The translations under genes were made by a program, and so were the position numbers. Below, piece by piece: positions 13,285-26,222 of a stretch of DNA of 64,000 bases; the stretch's first letter is position 1; each line of letters starts with the position of its first letter. Below the pieces are notes generated by a model, which worked only from the letters and a program-made list of their open reading frames with translations, did not search any database and had not been told where the DNA came from. Source of the DNA: Azolla caroliniana (Eukaryota; Plantae; Polypodiophyta); contig JBHGNT010000018.1 of NCBI GenBank assembly GCA_043228905.1, positions 5,580,001 to 5,644,000 of the forward strand. The letters run 5' to 3'.

Positions 13285-15355
13285 GCCCTTTACCTCCTTA
13301 TTCTCCCACATTGAGAAGATTTGATCTTGTAGGTCCCATACTTCTCCATCTCTAAAGGCCAGTTGAAACCAAGACTCATATTTTCGAAGACCATCAGACT
13401 TAACATTATCATCTAGAACAATACCGACTTCATGCAGACATTGACGTCGTAGACTTGGATGTAGCTTCACACCAAACTTTTGTTTCACGTCCAAATACCC
13501 GTGGTGGAAGAACCGTATACGCTCAATCGACGACATTTTTTGCCTATAGTCATTATCATTATTATGGTCCCATGCCAACAGCTTAGCCTCTTTCGTTGTG
13601 AGCCCAACATAAATTTTGCACTCGGCATACTTGAAGAAGAAAGTCGTTGGATGTTCTCTCACAAGTTGCCGACGTGCCTCCGCTGAATGCGATCCACCAA
13701 TGACAAAGTAATTATATTGATCATGCTTTCTAATATCAAAATCTTCAATGGTTTCACATTCTTCAGGATCTACCATAACAATAAAAGGCACCACAGTGGC
13801 ATGAGGATTAATTTTCATTTTTTTCTTGAGATTTTGAACATGCATGCGGTGTGGCTCTCTAATCTCAAGTGGTCTTCAACCTGTTTTTTCATCAATAGGG
13901 GGCCGATGGATGTGTGTTATAGGCAAATTAAACACTTGCCCTTTCCTGACCAGTTTACGCTGCATTAACTCTCTCCTTATCTTATTATGCTCGGATGACA
14001 AAACACCCGATGCTAGCTCAGCTCCTGGCGTCCCCTTAGTGTCCTCCTCTTTGTTTTCACTTGTTGAATCGGAGTCCGATATTTTGGTTGTCTTCTTCTT
14101 TGGTGGTCTTGATTGTACTTTGGATACCCTTTTTGTGGCCTTCAATGGGGAGGGCACTTCATCTCTTAAAGTTACATGGCCTTGTATATAAGGCCTCAAG
14201 GTAACAATAAGGTTTTGTGAGCTTTCAAGATCTTTTTTGAACACTTCTAGCCCACAAGATTCCTTTACTAGAAGATCTTCTGAAAGGAACACTTTACGTA
14301 CCCCCTTGGAGCACTCTATCATTACTAGTATGTTGGCCGAATCTGCATCTTCGTAGTCAAGTCGTAGAATACGGCCATACATAAATGGGGTTTCCTTTCC
14401 AAGCTGCCCCTCCCCCTTCTTCTTTGTTGTATACAATACGACTTTTTGTTTTGAGTCGACGTATTGCATACACCATTCCTTGTCCGTTAGATCACGGTCA
14501 GGAAGGTCTTCACCTCCAGTAGCTGCTACAAGTTTCTTTTGGCTAACGTCAATGTGTGGTTGAGATTTTGACTCCTCGTTGAAGAGAAGCTTTTTTCCTC
14601 TCTTCATGGACTCAGGAGCTACCTTGGTCTGTGCTTCGATTGGAGAACCCTGTATGCGAAGCTTTATTTTCTTCACGGGTCGGTCCGACAGGTTCTCAAA
14701 CGACCTATTTAAGAAAGTACATGCAAAAACATAAGTTAGGTGGTCACGTAGATTAAGGTTGTATATTAAAATATAAATAAGCAGATGAAGAAAGGTTCTC
14801 ACTAGCAGGCGATTAGTGGTGAACTATAAATATCAATCATGCATTCAGAGTACATGGTAGTCCTATATTCAAAAATCTATTCTAGTAAGGGCTATTCAAC
14901 TTAGAAAATATATATCGTAATAAGTATACAGGGTTATGTATTCTCTTGAAGAGGAGGTATGACTTATATTGAGGATAATTTGCTATCGTAAAGGTAATTT
15001 GTGGGTTATTTTCTACTATTTTAAGCTATAGTAGATCATAAAACACCTATAATTAAGGCATGTTTTTTTAAAAAAGTAAGGGAAGTCGACATAAAAAAGA
15101 CTGATTTTGACAAACAGTTTGATATCTTTTCCACAATAATTAATTGTTGCCCCAAAAACACAATTTTTCTCTTTTCAGGGCCTTCTTTTATACAGGAACT
15201 CGATACGGCGTATCGACTTCCTGTTTAAAACCTAAACTTTAAACAGGAACTCGATACGCCGTATCAAGTTCTTGAGTGACAAACATATTTACAAAAATGT
15301 CCACAGTGTCAGAGGCCTACCTGGAGTCCTCGCGCTCGATTCTCTTTGAAGACAT
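13285..15355 (-). pseudogene. Spliced gene encoding a ParB/Sulfiredoxin-like-domain protein (>=~480 aa, one in-frame stop, probably 3' truncated)
   Basis: Exon 1 15355-15321 (MSSKRIEREDS), GT..AG intron 15320-14705, exon 2 in frame from 14704. ORFs 13876..14802 and 13282..13845 share a frame, separated by one TGA. Motif IREPH..HVQNLK..M..VPFIV..YFVIGGSHSAEAR..IYVGL..EAKLLAWDHN..S.IERI. TATAAATA box at ~15488-15495. Confidence 0.7.
15192..15275. repeat. Compound palindrome (two 33-bp palindromes, mutually inverted)
   Basis: ACAGGAACTCGATACG-G-CGTATCGACTTCCTGT, spacer TTAAAACCTAAACTTTAA, then ACAGGAACTCGATACG-C-CGTATCAAGTTCTTGA. Confidence 0.95.
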
Positions 15356-16194
15356 GGTTGATCGTGTGGCAGTGGAGGCGGAGATCGCGCTTTCGTGCTT
15401 CGTGCTTCGTGCTTTGTGTGCTTTGTGTGTTGTATGCTCTATGTGCTCTTGTATGCTCTTGTGAGTGAAATATGACGAGGTCTTCCTATTTATAGGGATT
15501 GACCACAGTGGTTAAAGTAACCATAGTCACCTTAACCAAGGTTGGTAAGTTTGAGGTTAGTTAGTTGGTAACCACAGTCACATTAACTAGAGTAACTTAT
15601 GATTTCATTAATGATTACAAAGTCAAACCAACATATTGATCAATCTTTTATAGTCATAACAACTTGCAGTGACTTCAAAGGTCATGAAGGAAACAATGAT
15701 AGAGGTTCATGAATGTACCAATGATTGATTACTAAAAGCAACATTTTTTATGACTCTCAATTGTTGTGTATTAAAGATGTGGGCATGAATTAACCAATGA
15801 TTGATAAGTCTAATATTTACAATGGTGAGCATTAAAGAACCAATGAGTGAGGTTCTATATCAAATATGGGGGCCATTAATTAGCCAATGATTTTAACATT
15901 AATTCAACATATTTATGGCTTGGTAATAATTAGATTTATATTACACTTGATTTAACTTCATATAGACCTACTTTAAATAATTATTGATATTTTAAATACA
16001 ATTACTATATTAAAAATAATATTTTTATGTATTGTATTAATATAATATTAAATAATATAGACATTCTATTGAGGGAGCTTTTGTTTAGAGAGAAGTTTAT
16101 GTTTAGAGAGGAGTATATGTTTAGAGAGGAGCTTATTAGTTTTTTGCCTTACCCTAAGCACATAACTTACAGAGCCCTATCTAGACCTTAAGCC

Positions 16195-18979
16195 ATGAGT
16201 GAAGATTCACTGTTCTCGATTGAAGAATATTGTTTGTCATCAGACTCATCGTTTTCTACTAAAGAGTATTGTTTGTCGATAGACTCACCATATTCTATTG
16301 AAGAATATTGTCTGTCGACAGACTCACCATATTCTATCGAAGAATATTGTCTCAGCTCATCTTCGCCTATAGGGAATATAAATAATGACACATGTGAAGA
16401 GTTCTCTATTGAAGAATACGATATTAATAAAGATACGGAGAATGAAGGTAGTGCCAAGGAAACATTGAATAACATTGGCGATGGTCACAACAAAGAATTA
16501 GATTGTAACAAGGTTACACCAACCTCTATGCAGGAAGAGAAATCTGGGAGCCCTATGCATATTAGAAGAATCCCACGAAGAATTCGTCTGGCTAGATTTA
16601 GCTTGGTGACATCAGATAAACAGATTGGATTTGATGTCAAAAAAATATGTTGTGCCAGTGGTTGTATGTCTATGATTGGAAAATCAAAGTTGCGAGAATT
16701 AAGGCGATACTATTTTTCGATGACCGGTGATGAGCAAGACACTTACCTCGGGTCACATATGCAACTAGTATCAGACAAATGTACGGGGATCAAAGTATCA
16801 TTCGAGTATTATATCTTCCATGCGCAACAGATATGTAGAGTTGCATTCAAAATTGCGTTATGTGTTAGTAACATGCGGCTACATAGAGTACAACGTCTAC
16901 TTAGTGGGGATTAGATGCTCAATTGTAAAGAGGTTCCAAGTATGAAAGGTGCAATTGGAAGACATGTTATTGGTTGGATGAAAAGTTACTTTCAGTTAAA
17001 TTGTGAAGTAATGCCCACTACAGGTAGGATGCACCTTTCTGATAATTATACACGTCGAGAAGTTTATGATGTCTATCGATCTGATATGCTAGGCTCACGT
17101 AATAAGTCTATCACCTATAGCCAATTCACAAGATTATGGAGATCTCGGTTTTCAAATGTTATCATTCCACGTAAAGTACGCATGGGGTATTGCTCCATTT
17201 GTGCAAATCTTAAAAGTTTGGCTAAAGGTGCAAAGACATCAATGGAAAAGGATATGAGTAAGAAGTTACTACAAGAGCATCGTGAGGCACAATCATTAGA
17301 ATGAAAGAAGGCGATGCATCATAGAGAGAAGGGTTTGAAGAGGCCCGAACAATACATGTGCTTAATGATAGATGGCATGGACCAGAAGAAGACATGCTTG
17401 CCGCATATGCGGAGGCTCCCCAAAGATGTCAATGATGAGTGCCTTGTTCAAATGCACTTGGTGGGATGCTTGGCTTATAATAGGTCTGTTGGACCTCACG
17501 TCTTCATTACATACCCCAATGTTCACAATGACCCTAACCTAACAGTTACAGTCATTCACTGAGTTTTGATGTCTTGGGGCCAACCTTTCCCCCCTGTTCT
17601 ATACATTCAATTGGGCAATACTGCTAGAGAGAACAAAAATTCAATTGTGTTTGGCTATCTAAGTATGTTGGTCAACCAAGAATTGTTTAGGAAAGTGAAA
17701 GTCAATTTTCTTTTGGTTGGCCACACACATGACCATATAGATCAGATGTTTAGCACATTCTCCAAACAGTTGTCTCGGCATGATGCTTTCACTTTACCTA
17801 AACTATTTGATGTCATTTGTGATGCATATACACCACGCCCAAAAGTGTTACACTTGAAGGAGGTATATGACTTTAAGAGATATATATCAGATGGGGGTGG
17901 TGGGAATGTTAAAGTGCTTACTCAGTTAAACAGTATAAGTTTCAATCACATTTTTATGATAAAGAAAAATGGAATAAGTGGTTCTACACTTTTGTATGCT
18001 AAACAATATTCATCTTCTACAACATGGGAACCTAAAGGTGGTTGCCAGTTATTACTTTGTATGCCGAGTACAATTGTCCATGGAGCTAAGCAAATGCCAA
18101 TTGAGAAGAAAGGACAGTTGCAGAGTGACTTGGTATCAGAACAAAAAAGGTCATGGCTCCAAGCCTTAGAGGAAAAAAAGAAAGCATATTGAGGCCGCTA
18201 AGAAATATGCCGCACAACAAGACACGTCATGGTGGGATGTATTTTATAGTGATCAGAAAGGAATTATAGACAATTGTGTATCTGGTGATAATTGGAATTT
18301 GGAAACGCCATTCACATGGCCGCTGCAACATGATCATGTAAATAGAACTCCAGAGCAACTAGCAAATGTGATTAATGACAGCTTGGTCCATCCACAACAA
18401 AGAGACATTTATGTGGGACCAAGGATGACCAAAGCAGCTGAAGCTAGATGGCAAGGCAATTTGCAAGAGCTCACCGCGAGGATGTTGATTGCAACGCCGG
18501 ATGATGAGAACTCACATGGCCACCAATTTTGGGTTGGTAAAATTCTAGAAGTGCTAATGCATGAAATAGAAAACACGATCAAGTCTATAAATGTTCATTG
18601 GTACAACACTAGAAGTGCAAATGCTTTTACAGGTAAGTATACATTGAAGATGATTGAATGCCCAACAAGAAGGGGAGGTAGGAAGAGGAAGCGAAACATT
18701 CGTAACACCTTGACCCTTGATATCTCTGATGTGGATATCATCGTGTACGACTTCACACTTACAAAAGCCGGATGATTAAGGAAGTCAACAATAGATATAA
18801 TAAAATAAAAATTACCAGGTCTACAAGGTGGCTCGAGTCAAAGGCAAACAAGATCTGCTACATATAATCTAGAGTCAAACCATTTGGTTTATGACGAAGA
18901 TAATGCACTGATTGGTACATCCGAGGATGAGGAGGAGGAATCGTCATTGTATATTAGTTATAGTAGTGATTCTCCGTAA
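16195..18979 (+). pseudogene. Sola1/DUF7869-like DDE transposase with Cys-rich N-terminus and C-terminal Tudor/BAH-like region; stops and one frameshift
   Basis: Colinear ORFs 16195-18192 and 18299-18979. Motifs CCASGC, ICRVAF, PRKVRMGYCSIC, IDGMDQKKT, QL(G for D)NTARENKN, FLLVGHTHDHIDQMFS, FWVGKI..V..VHWY. Confidence 0.78.
16207..16360 (+). repeat. 39-bp coding tandem repeats (SIEEYCLSxDSPY) x4
   Basis: Visible in DNA and translation. Confidence 0.9.
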
Positions 18980-19325
18980 AGGAGTGATCATGAATGTATA
19001 TTTGGCTATTAAGTGTAACTACATTCCGCTTGTAACAAATCGAGTAATATAAAAGCATGTGTTTTGAATTCTTATGATTTCTAAAAAATCATTTCTTATA
19101 AAATAACATTGGTTGTAAAGTTTGTGATATAGATTGAGAATGTAACTTTTTGAAATTCGTCCTTTTTTAGTTACTTCCAAATCACGAAAATAGTGGATTT
19201 TTAACCTTTTTCATACTAGTATCAATGTGTTTTGTAAAATCATTGAAAAAGCCCTAAAATCAAGCAAAATTTCCCTTATCCTTCCATTTATGTGCGATCC
19301 TTCCACTTGTGAACGCGAACGTGTT

Positions 19326-19724
19326 AGCTTACAGAAGAAGAGAGAGTCGATTAAGTTCCACATTAGATGGCGGTGTTTCCAACATCTGGTATCAAAGCTT
19401 GGTTGTCTGTTTGATTCTGCTGCCGCCTTCTATCTAGTCTCCATCGACAACTCTCGTTTGTGTATCCTGAAGATCTTAGCTAATCTCGATAGGCAACCAA
19501 CAATAAGATTGTTTACACGAAGAGAAATGTGACGAAGTCTGCACTCTACTGTTCTAGGTCACTCTTGGTTATGTTATCGTAGCTGCTTGGAGTGAGACTT
19601 CTATCTTGACTAGGCCAAATTGTTGCTTAACTCGGTTAGGCGGAAATCGAATAGGTCATCTGACGATCTTATAGGAGCTTACAAAAGAAGAGAGAGTCGA
19701 CTAAGTTCCGCATTAGATGGCGGT
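19326..19724 (+). mobile_element. Duplicated Copia Y LTR end + PBS + leader, followed by a second truncated LTR end
   Basis: 19326-19575 matches ~10940-11190 (PBS TGGTATCAAAGC at ~19387); 19670-19724 repeats the LTR end again. Confidence 0.85.
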
Positions 19725-22700
19725 GTACGCATAATCATGCGCCATGTACTCATTATACCCATACCATTTGATGGGGTTCTTCTGGTGGGTTGATCGACGT
19801 AACTTCTCATTAGCCAATTCCAATGCGCTCTTGGCCGGTTCAGACTTCATTCCCGGAGGTACTTCTTTGTTCTTTCCGGAGTTGTTCTCACTCCGATCCG
19901 ACTCTTCTTTGCGGGTGTCATACTCCAGCATCTTCTTCTTCCCCTTCTCTTTGCCTGTGAACCGTCTCTGTGGTTCCTTACGCGGAGAGAACACGACCAA
20001 GTCTTCGCTGCTCGTTGGCTCATCATCTTGTTGGTCCTTCCAACTCAACTCTTCATTCGGCCCACTCATCCGGAATGAGATCAAACTCTCATCTAGAGTA
20101 CTGAATCCTTCTTCTTCATCTGCTCGGATCGTTTCAGGCTCATTGGCCTCATATTCTGGAATTGGGTCGAAGTTGGTGGTCGGAGTCGGTAGAGTGTACC
20201 ATGATGTTGACTCGTTATACTCGACATCTCAGCTTACTCAGATTGTCTTTGTTCGGGGGTTGTAGCACTTGTACCCCTTCTACTCATGAGAGTAGTCGAG
20301 ACCAATATGCACTTCTCCGACTTTGGGTCTAGATTCCTCCGCTTCTCATCTGGTACATGCACATAGGCAATGCTACCGAATATCTTAAGGTGCCTTAAAT
20401 TTGGCTTGCGGCCGAAATATAGCTCATGTGTTGACACCTTATCCCCGATCCGTTTTTGGATGTAAACAACCGTCTGGACAGCTTCGGCCTAGTAGAACTT
20501 GGGCATGCTCTTCTCTTCTAACATTACTTGTGTCGCCTCGACGATCGACTGATTCTTTCGTTTGGCCACACCGTTTTGTTCCGGTGTGTATCGGCAACTG
20601 AATTCCCTCCGAATTCCTTTATGCTGCAAATAACTGTTGAACTGACCGAAAAATCATTCTTTTCCGCCATCTGACCGTAGGCACTTGATCTTTCTCTCTG
20701 TTTCCTGTATGACAAGACTTTGTAGGTTCCGGAAACAGTTGAAGACTTCGCTTTTATTCTCAATGAGATAGATCCACGTGTGCCGGTTGTAGTCATCGAT
20801 GAAGGAGACAAAATATCGGCTCCCGCCAAGACCAATGTTCTGTGCAGGTCCCCAAACATCCGAATGTATCAAGTCGAGCTTGTTACGACTCCGGTTTCTT
20901 ACGGTGGGGAATGGAAGCCAGTGTTGTTGTTGAGCTGGTATGTTTCAAAATTTTGGGCCTTCTGGCCACTAAATTTCGGCAATCCGAAAACAACCTTTTT
21001 CGATTGCAGGTCTTGCAGCCTCTGATAGTTGACATGGCTGATCCGCTTGTGCCATAAGTCGATATCCAACTTGACCTTTTGACCCTTTGCAAATAAAGTG
21101 GTGTTGACGTCATTGGTGTCGAGGATGAACATCCTCCTGTGTCGACACCCTTGCGCGATGACATGGCCCTCCCGGTTGCTCCAGCTTTTCCAGAAACGAG
21201 AACCACTATTCGTGGCTCGTCATGTGGTTAGACGCTCCGAAGTCAACGTACCACACTTCCTCCGATCCGGAATTGGTCTTCTTCATCGAGTTCGCCTTGT
21301 GTTTCATCACAAAGGTTGGCCCTTTTTTGGTCTTTTTGGTTCTGGATGCTTTTGATCCTTTAGTGTAGAGTGAGCTTTGCCAATTCCCTTGTCCGGTATT
21401 ACCAGATCCAGATTTATCCGAATTGGCGCACTTCTTCCAACACTCGCTCTCCCGATGGCCTTTCTTTCCACATTACCAACATTCTGTTTCGGCCTTCCCT
21501 TGCCGTTTTCCGGCGCCGATTTGACTGCCCTTGCTTGTGGATGGTCCGGAACTGCTATCGGCACCATCTTTGTGCCTCCGGTTCTGCTCCTGCCAACCAC
21601 CGTTATTGCGTGCCGACGCACCTCGTCCTCCACGCCCACGGGACCGATCCGCGTCCGTGTATAACATCCGGCTGTCAGATTGAGTGGTCGTCAACCCACT
21701 CGCATGGTTTTCTTCGACCATTAACATCCATTGCAAGTCGAAGAAGGACGGTGGCTTCTCGGGTGAAAATCATCGTTCGGATTGGCCCATACTGTTGTGC
21801 TAGACCACCGAGGCAGATTTGGACCATCTCATGTTCGTCCACCATCATGTTGATGAACCTTAGCACATCACATATCTCCTTGATCTTGGTGGTGTAGTTG
21901 GTAACTGTCATGTCCCGTTGCCGGATATTGTTGAGCTCTTGCTGGAGCTGCAATATCCAAGTCGTGGTACTTGCGGCGAAAAGCTTCCGGAGATTTTCAC
22001 GGGCCTCCTTCGGCGACTTTGCTTCTCTAATGTCGCCGAGCATCTGGTCATGCACACAGGACGCGAGGCAATATAACACTACGCTTGCTCCATGGTCCCA
22101 TGCAGGGAAGTCCTTGTGTGTTGGCTCCGGTGCCACTTCATTCACTCCATCGACATGGATCCAGTAACCAAGTCTGAGTAGGTACTGGTGCATCTTCTAA
22201 GACCAAGATGCATAATTGCTTTTGTTGAGCTTGCCATCCCTCTGTCCATTCTTTCTTCGGTCCATTCTCTTTTCCGGAAGTTAGGTTTTCTTTGGTCTAC
22301 TAAGGCTTTCTGTCGGCAGTAGAGGATTCTCAACCCTCACGCTCTGATACCATGAAAAGAATTACGTCTGGAAGCTTGAAAACCTAACCGACTTCACCGA
22401 ATGCTAACGATAAATATACACAGGTTTAATGGAAGCTTCAAACCACACATAGAGTACATAGGAGAGACAAAGAGAGAGCATAACAACATAAACTCAATTT
22501 CAAAATATCACTCTGTACATACACATGTCGTACTGAACACTTTTTATACAAGTCCTTAAAAGGATTGATAGAAGTACTGAAAAGTACTTCAATGTTCATA
22601 CGAGCGATTGACACTAACACCAAGGAATATGCCTATGTACTAGGCTAGGATTGTAGGCCTCTAATGGCCTACCGGTTACAATCCGATTCATCTCTCCAAT

Positions 22701-22779
22701 CCGGCTCTTGGTTCCGGACACCGATCCGGCTCCAGCTTATTCAACCGATTCGGATCCGGTTGAGCTTGTCTGCTCAACA
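19725..22779 (-). mobile_element. Ty1/Copia X: 5' LTR 22353-22779, PBS, gag, integrase; decayed
   Basis: PBS TGGTATCAGAGC at 22352-22341 abuts the LTR; gag MHQYLLRLGYW; zinc knuckle; HSDVWGP integrase; LTR TG...CA. Confidence 0.93.
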
Positions 22780-24439
22780 CGAATTCACTATTAACAATCG
22801 ACAACGGTTTGGACGTCCCAAACCCAAACCGGTTCAAACCAAACTCTTAAGAAAAAGTTGAAACTTAAACTAAACTGAACTAAACCGAACCGAACCACGA
22901 AACCGTCTACAAAAAAGTCAAACCTAAACCAAACGGTCCTAGAGACTTATGAACCATTAAGCCGTTAAACTGCGATTTCACGGTTTGATTTTGGTTTCTT
23001 TTTATAAACACATTATCAATGTTTTTTTTTAAATTTACATAAGCCCACATGCTAACATTATGATGACATCTAACAATAAATAAAAGATAATCAAAAAATC
23101 TGAAAACTTGTCAAAACATGTCAATAACTTCCAAACATGTATATGATATTGATTCAATGTCCAAACACAGTAATACTTTGTTTCCACCAAGTAGGCTTAT
23201 TTATAATCAATATAGAAATGAAATTTCGGTTTATGCACGATCAGTTACATGTCAAAAACTTCAAAACATGTATATATATACAAAATGACATTGATTCAAT
23301 GTCCAAATAGGCTCAACTCTGATTCCGCCATGTAATATTATTTTTAAACAAATAATGTAAATTGCATCTATTTCAGAAGTAGAGATTATTCCAACATCCT
23401 CTTCATCATCCTATGGGGTTACAGTCACTTCTATGATATGCACCTCATCATCATGGTTTGTGCCATTCTCTAGTAGTTCCAATGGGTGAAAACCCAAAAG
23501 ATTAACTAATAAAGGCCCATGCCACCAAGCTACAAGAAATAACCAGAATATGACTTTCATGCATTTACCATTCCGGAATCAATGTGAGTCAAGGATAGAA
23601 TGCTTCCAAGACACCTAGTTCTCTCTTTGTTATACTACTACTTCTAAGCTTTTCTCGCATAAAGCCATGAACAACGTAGGATCGAACAGGAATTGTAGAA
23701 TTTTCAAATTTACCAGCAAAATAAGAAGCTAGTGTGACAAATAAGCAAACTATCGTATTAGGTGTTAACTAGCTTAGGAGGGTTGCTCCAAGATATTTCA
23801 GGACACATATTCAACTCTGATTCTGTGCGAGCTCGTTTTGCATGAAATCTTTGAGGAATATCATACATTTGTTTGTGATTATGATTGCCTGAAAAATCTT
23901 TTCTAGGATCATTGGAATGGATGAGGTCCTAAGATAGATAAACAGTTATCTGAAAGAAATAATCGCACATGTATAACCCACTACCAAGAAATTAGGTATT
24001 AACCTTAGCTTTACCATTTCAGTATGCAAGAAAGGTATTATCTAATACATGTCCTGAGTTTTGTGTGGATATTTACAGACATGGTTTTGTTGTTTGATTT
24101 GCATATTATTAGTGGGCTCAGAATACAATCAATCTAAAAAATGCTCATCCAAGTAACAAGTTCATATTCAAATTCCAAAAAATGATCAGATATCATAACT
24201 ACATCCCAGAATTCCATTCCATTACTTGAACAACCATTTCATACCAATTCCCCCATATAATATAGAACATTCATCCTAAAGCGCCATATTCAGTAATCCT
24301 TGTAGCAAGTCCATGGTAATCCTCACAGATACAAGGAACAAATTAATGATTAATGTTTGCAACAAGTGTGGATTGTATTATTATTGCCATTTATAAAGAT
24401 TACATTATAAAGTAGATGAAGAATAAAACTCACCTGTTT

Positions 24440-26222
24440 GAAACCTCAATCAACTTCTGAAATTCATCTATCTGTTGACACCTAAGATTCTTGAGGAGGC
24501 TTATTGACACCTAAGATTTCCCAAATGTCCTGTTCTGTAAAATTTCTTACACATGTTTCATCAATAGAGTTCCGAACATTAACGACATAATTTTCTTCTA
24601 ATACTTTGTGAACCAAATCAATATCCAAATTCCTCTCAATTGTGTTATTGGGTATTGGAACTCTGAAAACACATATGAAGATGAATGACATTATGTATGA
24701 GAAAAAAAAGTAGTAGTAAATTTATTATGTATGAGAAAAACTATTAATATAGTAACATACTATGGATCAAGAAAGATCGCAATTCGAGAAGGTATGAACT
24801 TCAATGATTCTTGGTATCTTATCAAATATTGTAAACATTTCTTTCTCACTAGCTTTTTCTTGCACTTCATTGACTCCATGTCCACTCCCAAATACTTGTT
24901 ACAATGTGTTAACGAGTCATTCAAGGCAAGAGAAGCTATCAAGAGGGTGGGGTACTTTGACCCACTTAAATAGGTACATATTCTAGCATGTAGAAGTAGC
25001 CATTGCTCCATTTCTTGTATGTGGTTCCAATAATCTATAGTAAGCATACTATCAACGAAATTTGTAGCAATAATAGAGTCAGCTATAGTGCAACTCAAAA
25101 TGTCACTAAGTTTCAAGGCTTCTTGGTACATTTCTAAGGTCGAATATTATCTAGTAATGATATCAAGGCAAGGTGGCTCCCCTTCGCCATGCTCATACAT
25201 TGATCTAGAATATTTTCTCAATATAGATCTACGAACTTTACTAGAACGTATGAATAATAAAATATTTCTCAACTTCATAGTGGAAGGTGAGATGACCTCT
25301 AATGCACACTTAATACCAAGTTGAAATACATGAAACCATACATCTCAACATATTTGACGAAGGCAAAATATCATTTCCATGCATATCCTGTAACAATCTA
25401 CCCAACTCATTTGAGGCCATAATAGCATCACTAGCACCATCAGATGTTATGGATAAAATATGAGAAGAAATATCGAAGGATTTTACATGCAGAAATAGTG
25501 TTTGACCACAATGCTTACCTATGCCATCACCAGGAAATACATGGAAGAAATCAATGAGCACAAACATTGGCTTAGCAGATTCTCTACATACCCAATGTAA
25601 TGTCATTGGATTAAAATCCTTTCAAACTATTATTTGACAACCCATCAAATGTAATTGCAAAGCGTGAATCAAGTGTAGACAAAAAACTTATAACTAATTG
25701 ACGAATGACAACGTACATTTGCCATATTGATCGTTTTAAAATACGTGTTGACTTAAGCACATACCCTAGTAAGACATCATGCATGAATTGTTTAAAACCT
25801 AAAGACTCACCATGCACATGAGGCAACATTTTTGTGATTATATATTTTGTTATAGAGCTATCAATTTTCTTCTCAAATGTACGAGATATTAGAAGCTTAG
25901 ATGTATCTATAGGATGTTCGATCACAGACATTGTATTCATACTTGAGGAACATTCTGGCTGACATGTGCTAGTAATGTGATGTTTTTCTATTAAATGTTT
26001 TGTAAGAGTACCTGTGGATGTATTATTTGACCAAGAAATAGAGCAATGAGAGCGTCGACGACGGGGCACACCGTTATCTATTATATTTATAGTGTGTCGG
26101 TTTGTCCATGAAGTTTGTTGTCTCTTTAATTTGCCTTTAGATGTGTTACTTGTAGAAGCTGAGACCATTGAATTTTGGGATGATATAGTGTTCAATAAAG
26201 GGGTGTCCACACTTGATTCCAT
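24440..26222 (-). pseudogene. hAT transposase remnant (BED finger, catalytic core)
   Basis: Degenerate BED finger (SHC..TGTLTKHLIEKH), FAITFDG, TLHWV, SITSDGASD, RCMV, AIFLDP; stops and frameshifts. Confidence 0.85.

Noticed and set aside
19300-19330. Helitron 3' end for the Sola/ParB block
   Set aside because: Hairpin is short, no CTRR at the right spacing, and no Rep/helicase motifs.
23300-24350. Additional coding exons inside the hAT element
   Set aside because: Fragmentary frames with no identifiable homology.
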